Assembly (NCBI GenBank): GCA_051294905.1 | Contig: CM119372.1 | Span: 29,018,001-29,082,000 of the forward strand | Direction: 5' to 3' | DNA from: Botryllus schlosseri | Taxonomy: Eukaryota | Length of the DNA stretch: 64,000 nucleotides | In this document: piece after piece, positions 50,222 through 61,030 of the stretch | Layout of the letters: every line of letters starts with the position of its first letter | Numbering within the stretch: position 1 is the first letter of the stretch | The notes under the pieces: model-generated | Seen by the model: the letters and a program-made list of their open reading frames with translations, nothing else | Told to the model about the DNA's origin: nothing | The model's database searches: none | Translations under genes and position numbers: made by a program

Positions 50222-52802
50222 CATACTGCTACTATTAATTACGGTATTCATTCATGGATCTGAAAAATTTTATCGCTCCGCACCACAATATGCAATTTCA
50301 GCAACTATTCATAACATTGGCACTCGCGATTTCGGTGCGTACAATAGGCCGCTGTGTAAAATAGAATGGTCCGGAGTTCACCGGGAATGGATATGGACAG
50401 ATTAACATAGGTAGGCTATTTTGCGTCCAGTTAGTTCATTACGGCTATGCCCTGGAATAAGACCTTAGGCTACATAAGCAATTGAAATGCGGCCGTGATT
50501 AGCAAAAAGTTGCCCATCACTATATTAGATGATGTGCTCTTTTTGACATGGCGATAAGTGCAGGGGGTGGTCAGGGGGGCGCAAATTTTTTGACCATCGC
50601 TAAGGGGGCGCATGTCCAAAAAGGTTGAGAACCGAAGTTTTAGAACAATGCACATGAATCGTGGCCCTTGCCCATAGGCACCGCGTGACACAGCTAAGTG
50701 TCCAGAACATGAGTTTTTAATCCTTCATCCTTTAGCACCCTCTTCAGAATCTTTCATGGTCTTGTGCTCTCATATATTGTGGATTTCACGAAATGCGATT
50801 GGATAGAAGTCGTTGCCTGGTCGGACTTTTCGAATTCGTACCTGACTATTGAAAGTATTCATATCTTTTCGGGCTCGGAATGAACTAACGTTGGAAATAC
50901 CATGCATGCACGGAAATCAATGGGTACCCACTTTTAAAATGTTCGACAACCCTGCCATAAGCTTGCCTTATCTTTTCTGTGACTACCGATCTAAGCCAAC
51001 CTAAATTCGTACCTAAACTAACCCCCTTAAACTAAAATACCATAAAAATTAACCCAACCCTAAACCACCCCTCCATTATCAAACTAATTCACAATGCCCG
51101 TGTGCCGAACGATCGGTAATAAAAGTTACATTCTCCAATTTACACCCTCCTGCATTTTACAACAATATTAAAAAATGGCTAACGAGTCCATGCATGTCGA
51201 TTTATTCCTAGAGAATTATTCATTAGGAAGATGCGCCTTTGATTAAAGATCATTAATTCTCAATAAAATTTTGAATTGCAGGTAAAGCTGAGAAGTCCGA
51301 TATCTGATTTGGTTCGTCACGGCGACATGGCGTCTTTTATTGCTTCGGGATGAACTAAAAAGGATTGAAAAGACGGTTATGGGTGAAGAATATGAACACT
51401 GGATATCTACTAAACGTCGATTCGATGGAGCGATGATATTTTCAATTGAAATAAAAGAAATGAATTATTGCCTTCGTGTTTCATCGACATTGTGGTGGGG
51501 TGGAGAAAGAGACTCTTTCGACCTCTGCTGTTTGTGGGCTTTACACGGCGGATCACTGCTCAATGATTCGCAAGATGATTTTATTCCGGATCACCTTCAT
51601 GCTGCAAACCGAACATCGTCCAACCCGGCTTGGGTCCGGCACTGTTTTGCTCGCCACCGGCAAGTATGCAGAGAAGACAGCCATTGAGGTGTAACTACTA
51701 AGGTCGCTCTTGCTATTCTTTAGTCGAATTGCATTTTGGTTCTCGGGTAACGAGTATGGATAATATGATACATCTGAATATTTGACCTATTGGACTCATC
51801 TGACCGACCGGTAAGCTCCGTAGCTAGTTTTAGTCACGCCGAAATCATCCCATAAATCGCTCATAGGACTCTTAACCCGCCATCACTAAGATCTTGACCG
51901 AACAAACATGTGAGCCATTTTCAATGAAAAGTCGGATTTTTCCTGCCAGAGATGTAATCCGACCTTGTGTTATTCACTGTCAATCGGCATCATCCAAAAT
52001 AGCTGATTGGCGCTAACATCTCGTCGGCATCAGCAATATATTGCACATGATTAGAATTTCGAATGAGAGACGGCAGGACTTGTTCTTTTTATTCGTGTTT
52101 CGATCTCCTCGATTTCGTCTATTTATGACTCCTGTGGCGATTTTATACCATGTGAATTCAGCGCGGCGTGAACGGCTTCAGATCTCTTCTACTCTCTGCA
52201 CTGGGTCACTGCCATTCTAGGTGTGCTACTAATTTACGTCGTCCGATGAAACTTATTTTAGTTTTTTCTATCAAATGTGATATGGATATGGCGTCCATAT
52301 AAAGTTCATATAGAGTTTAGCCTTCACCAATCGACATTTCTAGGCATTTGGTCGCTCACCATACTGCAGATCAAGACATATTTGCGGAAGTATAGAATCT
52401 TCCGCTTATAACTCTAACTATTAGCACTTCTATATCGCGTTTGCATGTCGCGCCTCGTCATCTTGGCAACATGAATACAAATCTAGGTAGGTCATCTGTA
52501 AGCATTGAAAATATCAGGAATAAAGATACACGCACATGAGCGGCCAGGAAGTTAGACCAAATGCGTCGGATACACAGCGTCATTGAAGGATATGCCCACG
52601 TATCTGTAGGTTTTATTGCTAAACAGAGATTGTGGTAGTGTGACACAGACGAGTCTTGAATTTTACCATTTCGTGACGTCATTTTGAAAGGTCGCAATTG
52701 AATTGTGTTGTCGCCATTATTGCCCAACCTCGGTATATACTCCTGGGACGATCGCGAATTTAAATTTGAAAATACATTATACTGATTCCAAGACTTATTT
52801 GC

Positions 52803-52906
52803 TTATAGCGGACTCGGATTCTTGGTTATTGCGAGACTGTACCCTGATTTGCATTTATTCATGGCATTTACACCTATTTTAAATTTTCTTGCGACCTTGA
52901 CATGAA
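52803..52906 (-). CDS. Candidate terminal exon of lectin-Ig copy 2
   Basis: ccttgtag acceptor, phase-1 frame (V)HVKVARKFKIGVNAMNKCKSGYSLAITKNPSPL-stop; AATAAA about 190 nt downstream. A second acceptor (tgcttacag near 52497, DDLPRFVFMLPR-stop) is equally possible. Confidence 0.3.
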
Positions 52907-53186
52907 CTACAAGGCGGTAAGATTTGGAGTTGGATGTTATGGCTATATATTTCGAAATGAAGCCGAGATTGAGGTTTGATAATGCATTCTAATCTCAAAA
53001 TTGGCAGAGGATATGAGCTAAGACGGTGATTAGGAATAAATGATTGAATGGACTGTGATTGCGGATGTAACCGTACAGGTTCGTGTTCACAAATGAATTA
53101 TAAGATAAGTTCCAAGTGTACACAGACGTATATTTCATGTGTTATTTTACCATTCAATATTTGCCGAAATATACTAATAGATTTAC

Positions 53187-53474
53187 CTGTTATGTTAATA
53201 GAGGTGACATATCCTCTCGACGGGCTGAAAATGTCATTGGCGGCGGAACATTTATACTTTGCAGAGTCTTCCAGGGTGGCGCTTTTGATGATTAGTGTTG
53301 CCTTTCCTGGTTCAATTTTTTGAAGAGGTTCATTCCAAATATTGTCCGTGGGTACGCCGTCCTGTCTCTGCCATTTGACGTTGACAGTCGAAACTCCAGA
53401 TCCAGCACATTCGATCTCAATCGTATTTCCAACTGTGTAATCCTCTCTACTGTTCGACAGAACGAGAGGGAAAA
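53187..53474 (-). CDS. Immunoglobulin (I-set/C2-like) domain exon of lectin gene copy 2
   Basis: ttccacgcag acceptor, GTAAAT donor, 288 nt, phase 1-1, open: FPLVLSNSREDYTVGNTIEIECAGSGVSTVNVKWQRQDGVPTDNIWNEPLQKIEPGKATLIIKSATLEDSAKYKCSAANDIFSPSRGYVTSINIT. Has B-strand Cys, C-strand Trp, E-strand Leu and DxAxYxCxAxN. Confidence 0.9.
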
Positions 53475-53700
53475 CTGCGTGGAATTGAGAACAATATGTT
53501 AAGAAGCGTCATAAAGCCAAGTAGGTATATGTGATTGACCGAGAGAAACCATCGATACTGGTAATCGGCGTGTTTATCACAGAACTTCCAAATTTTCAAA
53601 ACCAGACCTGTTACCTAGTTGAAGTATTCAGATAGATTTTGTCGTCATGACACACTTGCTTACTAACGAAGCCTGCATATCTCTTCAACATACTCTAGAG

Positions 53701-54007
53701 CAGTGGTTCCCAACCTTTTTTTAGACACGCCCCCCTTTATGATAGTGAAAAATTTCGCGCCCCCTTATCGTCATATCACAAAATCCAACCTGTATGCTAG
53801 CAACCTCAACAGATTGGTTGATGGCATGGACGGTTATGACTGTTGATGAGAGAATTAAAAAAATGGAAATTCGGTCTATATAGAGAAACACGCGTGAATT
53901 GGAGGTAAAATTTTTCAGTTGACCGCTTCTTCGCGCCCCCTTCAGATGCTTTCACGCGCGCCCCCTTGGGGACTTGGGGGGCACGCGCCCCAGGTTGGGA
54001 ACCACTT
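53701..54007. mobile_element. hAT MITE in the lectin-Ig intron
   Basis: TIR CAGTGGTTCCCAACC, TSD CTCTAGAG; same family as 12424-12735; a truncated Buster-derived element starts immediately after at 54023. Confidence 0.85.
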
Positions 54008-54749
54008 CTCTAGAGTCTAGACCAGTGGTTATCAACCTGTTTGTCTTCGCACACCTCCTTTGGACCGTCACGGAACCCCGCGGACCCTCCAAATTTAACC
54101 ATGTTACCGTGCAACCGTCATATGTCATGTGCAAATATTGACCGTAGGCTAGTGATAAAGAGCAATAAAATGACATTTCTTGAAATTAACATCATACTAT
54201 AGTAGTAGTAGTATAATATATTTTCGTAGAAATTGGGCATACGTTTATTATTTCAATGCGAGTTCTGTAGCAGCAATTCTTGAATTACACTGCAATGTCT
54301 CGAAAATCCGCGCCGTCGGAATGACTTGAACGAGTGCGAAAAATCGATTAATTTCCACAAATATAGGTGATGGTGAAGGTAATAATAACGCGTAACGCTT
54401 CAGATGACACTTTTGGATCTGATAACAGCATGCATGGGACAAATACAACGTCCAGCCCAGTCATTTCTATGTAACAGCTCAATTATTCTGGAATAGCGGT
54501 TATGTATATCACAGAAGATTATGAATATTTTTGCAAGCGAATTTATTCCGAAACCCCAACAAAACATCTCTAAACAGCAATATGTTTGTATCAGTAAGCT
54601 ATTGACATTTAGGCGATAACAATAAGTTTGCACAGTAGACAATTTCATCTCAGAGACGATCATTCTGTTTACGCAATTCCTTGAGTTTCAGTAGTTATGA
54701 AGTGAAACTACTTCGTGATTTCTCTCACGAAAGAAATTTGTTTATGGCA

Positions 54750-57176
54750 GGAGAGATATGGTACCGATGGATCACTGGGACCGAAATTACTTGAAACATT
54801 ATCCATGATAATTTCATGATTACACTCCATGAATTTATCTGCAATTGCATGTTGGCAGAATCTTCCCTCGCATACAAAAAATTTCCACGTGCGCGAGTTA
54901 TTGGGTCTCTGACAGATGTTTTCTGTTTTTGGGGTGTAAAATAAATTTGGATCCACATGTACATTTTTCTTTGTAACCTTGAACACGAACAAACCAACAG
55001 TCATTTTTAATGTGATGTATAGGGCTTGTGTCAGGCTATATAATGGCACATATTGTTTTACTCAATAACTTCCTTGAGTGGAATTTTTTTCGATTCATTC
55101 ACAAAATTCATAGGTTGGGAACCGATGATACAATAGCCAAAATCAAACAAAATAGATGCCCTAGCTCAGTGGTTCTCAACCTTTTTGGCTTCGCGGACCC
55201 CTTTTGACCGTCACGGACCCTCGCGGACCCCCTCAAGTTTTAGTTCAATTTCATCGCTTTTATGGTGCAACCTTCATGTCTTGTGCAAATATGAACTGTA
55301 GGCTTGTGATAAACAGCAAAATAATGATTTTTCTTGAAAATAACATCATACTATTTATGTAGAAATTGGTAGACTTTTACTATTTCAAAGCTAATTTTGC
55401 AGCTGTGTTTCTTGAAGTACGTGGTCTAATCCTGACAATCCACGTCTTCGTTTTGATATGAACGAGGAGTGCCAAAAACCATTTCCGCTAAGCTAGATGG
55501 AGGCTAATGCAATGTTAACGCATAACGCATCCGACGATACTTTTGGTGTGATCGCAACATTTATAGCACCAAAATGAAAAAACATCTATTTTATGAACAT
55601 ATCATGTCCAGCATCTAGCGTAGGGACGGGCAACATACGGACCACGGGCCGGATTCGGCCCGTGATGGCATTTTGATCGGCCCGCAGAGAGTTTCTATCG
55701 TCAAAGTGAAATCCTAATCTAAAAGTATATCGACAAATTTTATGCGCCAAAGAATGGATCGAAGTTTTCCAACCTAAGAAACACTATCATGAAACCACTT
55801 GTTCTGTTCGGGTTTACATATAAATTTACGAGCAAACATTTTCGACCATCAACAATTGAACATTAACAAGACAAGGCTGCATACCAATATAACTGGTGAT
55901 ATGAATTTCAGAGTTTGAGCTTAATACTTTGATAGCAGCGAAACACTCCTTTTTCATCAAAAAACTAGCCTTGTCGATAGGGCATCCGCAATAAGAATGC
56001 GCCAAATATGATAGCCGAGCTTTAAGAGCAGGTATATCATTGTCCGATTTATGACGAGTGTAAGCCAAAAATTTTGGGTTCATTTCAATATGAATATACT
56101 ATTCAATTGTATATTGAAGTTCTGTACCTCCAAGAAGCTGTTCAAATACTAGTTATGTATATCACAGGATAAAGTGGATTAGTGGCGAGGTTTCAATCAC
56201 TGCATTGGGACAATTTAGGGAAATACTTCGGAAATTTTTATTTCAAACGACTGTACGTACACTAATTTGATGAGACTGACAACTTCAAGTCGAGAAGGTT
56301 TCGCAGACATTACGAAGTCACCTTGATTGACGTTACTATCTCCATATTTTTATTTTTTCCACAAACCCCAACACAACGTTCTTAAACAGCAATATGTTTG
56401 TATCAGCAGGTTAATGGAAAATTAGCAATGAAAATGAATTTCCACACTATACGATAGTTCATGTCAGACGATTATTCTGATGATATGAGTCATGAGGTTT
56501 TAGCAGTTGTGGTGCGAAACTGCCTCATACTTTCTCAAATTAAAAAAATAAAATAAAAATTAGATTTTCAACCATTTTAAAAATTTAGAGGTCTCGCGGA
56601 CCCCCTGAAATTGCTTCGCGGACACCCGGTTGAGAACCGCTGCACTAGCTAATCATTCAACTACTGAAAGTTGCCTACATACAGTACCTCTTTATGTAAT
56701 AATTGCCTCCGATGTTTTATCGCTATAACGAGGTGTCTGTAAGACAAAATGTCGATGAACGAGCAGTACGTGTGTACCCTCTAATTTATAAGTTGGCGCA
56801 TAAATCGAAACGTGATTTTATGGCAACATTTGAGTTAATGTTATTTCTATTTTTTGACGATTGCGACCATACATTCTTCTGCTGTAGCTCATATTATATT
56901 ACACAGCAAGAAAATATGTTACATCTGAGTTTTCGAGAATATGTCTCACAGGTCCCCGGTCGTGTGCCTTTGGACCCACCGGGTGGGGACCGATGATGCG
57001 TTCGAGCAACAAATTTAAAACGTTCATAAATGTTTTTTGATATTCATGTATATATGCGCGATAAGAAAAGCTTGTATCAAAGTTTTGAGCCAGCAAAAGA
57101 TTTGCTGTTTTCGGCTGAATATTTTTGGGCCAGAGGTCATTTTCCAATTTTTGATCCGTCGGTACCACATCTTCCC
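54750..57176. mobile_element. TA-target MITE interrupted by a Buster-derived hAT element (55167-56642)
   Basis: Colinear with 59222-60182 once 55167-56642 (TSD CCCTAGCT/CACTAGCT) is removed. Confidence 0.85.
55895..56075 (-). pseudogene. Penelope-like element fragment (region just upstream of the RT DKG motif)
   Basis: LKARLSYLAHSYCGCPIDKASFLMKKECFAAIKVLSSNSEIHIT, truncated where KPDKG would be expected. Confidence 0.6.
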
Positions 57177-58231
57177 TACATTTGGGTGATTTCCATACAT
57201 TTCCACTATTTCCACTACCGATACATTCGATAATCCTGATTGGGGGTCAAGAAATAACAGCACGCAACAAAGCGACTAATAACAATTAGCCCACCCGAAG
57301 ATGCATCATCATCTATAACTTTCCCTAAATCTTCGAAAGCACTCCCTCCATAAACTCTACCGGTTAATCTGATCACATGGGGGCGCATGTCCAAAAAGTT
57401 GAGAACCTCTGGATTAGAGTGAAAATGGGCATAAATGACGCTTAATAGGAAATTCTTGGTTCGAATGAAAGTGACGACTTTTTTGAAGTCAACCAACGTA
57501 AAGTGTGAAAGTAAAACTGTATTTCTGGAGTTGTGCCGGAAAGTTGACCTCTTTTTAGTCAACTGACCACGAAGTGGGAAAAATTTCCCATTTTGTCAGG
57601 ATTTTGCTCCGGTATTCTAAGTTTGAAAATTTTGAAAAAGTATCCTCCTTTCCCGATTCCAAAATATGGTAACCCTACCTTGTGATTTTGATTTGAATAT
57701 GATTAGTAAGAGAAAAAATGCACGTATTTAGAGAGATAAACATATCGGCGCCGGTGATTACCAACGCATCGAACAATAGTAGGATACGAGATGGGCCACA
57801 GAACATTTTCAAACCGAGAAATGGGCAAAAAGAGGTTGAGAACACCTGAACTAGATTCGCAGGTAAGGTATCGTCGGGCATATTCATTCATTTGCTTTGT
57901 TTTCTTCTATTTCCAGTATCTATGTTTTTATGAAACCGGAGAACCTACACTTTATGTTACAAATTATCATGCCTACATGTAAAAAAAGTAGTTCAATGCA
58001 TCATTATTTACAATAAAGTCTATCAAATCCAGTTGCTATGTCGAGAGATTTTGGGACTCATGTGGATTTTCTCTACTATTGCAAATTATTCAAAGAGGTT
58101 AGTTTTCGGGCTTCTTCCACGTCTACTGCTTCATGCTCATTTTTCACGCTCTAGGTTTGCTGAGTAGGAAGTATTATAGCTTACTGCGTCATTTCCAGCA
58201 AATCGATCCTCCTCGAGCGAATATAATTTAC

Positions 58232-58347
58232 CTTGAAAGCAAATGAAGGGGAGAACATTCCCGCAATCGATATCATTCCACATGTCGAATGGCCACTCTA
58301 AGGCGGCACAATCTTCCTTTCTATGGTCATCCGGCTGACCCGCTCCC
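58232..58347 (-). CDS. C-type lectin gene copy 2, QPD/WND exon
   Basis: ttttgcag acceptor, GTAAAT donor, 116 nt, same phases as 498-613: GAGQPDDHRKEDCAALEWPFDMWNDIDCGNVLPFICFQ; 98/116 nt identical by manual alignment; flanking introns also alignable. Confidence 0.92.
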
Positions 58348-58484
58348 CTGCAAAATGGAACATCGCAAACGATTTTGTTGCTCCATTTTTGTAGGATTTG
58401 AGAATATGGGTACATTAACTAAAATGGGACTTTTGCGACGCCACAGGGATGGGACCATGTTATCGAAAACAATACATATTACCA

Positions 58485-58735
58485 CTAACGCAGCGGTATG
58501 TTGTACAGCTGCAACACCCATGGTTAGCGAACTCGAGTACGACCGTGTTGGACTCCAGAACTCCTACCTCAGTGTTGGAGGTTTACCTATAGGCTCCTGC
58601 TCGCTCGGTGGTCTGCGCAATCGGTTTCTTACAAACGCCCAGTACGAACGTAGACCGTGTTATAAGTCGGCAGATCAGGAATTATAATAAGAAATATCAG
58701 CCTAGTGTGAATGACCATGAATACCGAAAACAACC
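58485..58735 (+). mobile_element. SINE family A, degenerate copy
   Basis: GACTCCAGAACTCCTACC...GTTGGAGGTTTA...CCGTGTTATAAGTCGGCAG...CAGCCTAGTGTGAATGACCAT. Confidence 0.7.
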
Positions 58736-59221
58736 ACTTCAAAAGGTGATTCGAGAAAATACAACATGTTTTGCCATAGGCGTATGCCATCACAATGTAT
58801 CACGGGCTTGATTTGCACGCAGCGGCTTGGGGAATTCCTCGCTTTTCGTTTTCGCTGTCTGCTAACTTCTCATTACAAAATTGCCAAGTAAGACTTCAGA
58901 TTTCAATACCACACTGCCTACGTTTTTCGTTGCGATATGTATCCAAACCAAAATAACACTACCAGCCGGTATTTTAAGAATCCACATCACGCCAGTGATA
59001 TGTAATCATAAGAGCTAGTGTAGATTCACCTCATATAGCCCTTAACTGATATGGGAGTTTTGAGGCAGGAAATGAGAAAGACTTTATTTGTAGAGAGGTA
59101 TATGATGAAAACACGATCAATCCACGTTTTTTGTTTACAATATGGATTCGGAGCAAATTCCTACAATCTCATGCACAGTATTGACCATGCACTCAGGTCG
59201 ATCTATAGAGCCTGAGTAGTA

Positions 59222-60182
59222 GGGGAGATGTGGTACCGATGGATCACTGGGACCGAAAATACTTTGAAAATTCTCGATGATAATTCCATGATTACACTCC
59301 GTGAACTTGTCTACGATTGCATGCTGGCAAAATCTTTCCTCACATACAAAAAAAATCGACGTGCGCGAGCAATGGGGTCTCTCACATATGATTTTTGTTT
59401 TAAGGGGTGTAAACTAAATTTAGATCGACATATACATTTTTCTTTGTAACCTTCGACACGAACAAACCAGCAATCATTTTTATTGTGAAGTGTAGGGCTT
59501 GTATCAGGCTATATAATGGCACCTATTATTTTTTTCAGTACTTTCCTTGAGTGGACTTTTTTACGATTCATGTATAAAATTCGTAGGGTGGGGACCGATG
59601 ATACAATAGCCAAATCAAGCAAAATAATCAAGCATACTAATCATGAAACAAATGAAACATGTCTACGTACAGAAAATCTTTATGTAATAATTGCATATGA
59701 TGTTTTATCGCTATAACGAGGTATTTGGAAGTCACACTGTCGATTTTCGGACAATATGTATGTACACTCAAATTTATAAGCTCGAGCCTAAATCGAAACC
59801 TGATTTTATGACAACATTTGAGTTAATATTTATTCTATTTTTAGACAGTTGCGACCAAACATTCTTCTTCGACTTGCTGTAGCTTAGATTATAATACTGA
59901 GCAAGAAAAGTAGTCACATTTGAGTTTTTTAGGGTATATGTGTCATAGGTCCCGGGTAGTGTGTCATTGGACCCACCGGGTGGGGACCGATGACACGTTC
60001 GAGCGACAAATTTTGAACGCCCATCAATATTTTTTGAAAAGACGGATATTCATGTATATGTGCGCGATAGGTAGAGCTTGTATCAAAGTGCTGAGACAGC
60101 AAAAGACCTGCTGTTTTCGTCTGAACATTTCAGGGCCAGCGATCATTTTCCGATTTTTGATCCATCGGTACCACATCTCCCC
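59222..60182. mobile_element. Intact 961-bp MITE with TA TSD (Tc1/mariner-pogo-like)
   Basis: 25-bp perfect TIR GGGGAGATGTGGTACCGATGGATCA, TA on both sides. Confidence 0.9.
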
Positions 60183-60232
60183 TATAGTAGATCGGTCGTG
60201 AGGTGGTCTTTTTTTGCATGGGCTCTTATGGG

Positions 60233-61030
60233 CCCGCTGGTGACTCGTATTGAAAACTCGTGTTGGTGACTCGTACTTTCAGATCCCCCTTCCGCTGGTG
60301 ACTCGTACTTTCAGACCCCCCTTCCGCTGGTGACTCGTACTTTCAGACCCCCCTCTCGCTCGTGATTCGTAATGTGTTCTTATGGGTGTGTTGGTGATTC
60401 GTACTTTCGGGTATAGGCTGCGGCGATGACTCGTATTGAAAACTCGTGTTGGTGACTCGTACTTTCGGGTATAGGCTGCGTCGGTGACTCGTATTGAAAA
60501 CTCGTGTTGGTGACTCGTACTTTTTTACTATAGGTGGTGACGGTGATTCACCTGCCGTGTATTCTTACGGGATATGTGGTGACCCGCCATGTGTTCTTAT
60601 GGGTGCGGTCGCATGCGGCTATTGCGTCTTATGGCGGGGGTGGCGAGCGGCTATTGCGTCTTATGGGTGCGGTCGCATGCGGCTATTGTGTCTTATGGGT
60701 GCGGTCGTGAATCGTACTTTCGGGTATATGCATCTCTCGCACGGTGTTGAATATGTATCAAGTTGGTAAATAGTCACGTGATTGGTCCTAAGTTAATGTG
60801 TATATCGCAAATTATTAAATATGACCGAATCCAGGTAATCCTAACGTTTACGGTGAGTACGACAATGATATATCGTTATTCTTATGGACGCGGCGGTGAT
60901 TCGTACTTTCCCGTATAGGCTGTGGTGGTGACTCGCCATGTGTTCTTATGGATGCGTCGGCATATCGTACTTTCGGGTATAGGAATCTCTCACACGGTGT
61001 TGAATATGTATCAAGTAAATAGTCACGAGT
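60233..61030 (+). repeat. Complex tandem repeat array with core GGTGA(C/T)TCGTA
   Basis: More than ten copies of the core in 25-57-bp higher-order units, three GGCTATTG(C/T)GTCTTATGG units, and a ~65-bp direct repeat (~60711 and ~60965). Confidence 0.9.

Noticed and set aside
51280..51700. Overlapping short ORFs and a PQTAEVERVSFS hAT-like motif
   Set aside because: Too short and degenerate to assign; no supporting TIRs or neighbouring motifs.
52458..52727. 89-aa ORF with LCLAI...TLC reminiscent of a ricin-B repeat
   Set aside because: No QxW motifs, and its nearest acceptor is phase 0, incompatible with the phase-1 Ig donor.
60233..61030. Repeated GGTGACTCGTA core resembling a CRISPR array
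   Set aside because: The intervening segments are themselves repeated and variable in length, there are no cas genes, and the context is eukaryotic. It is a tandem repeat.
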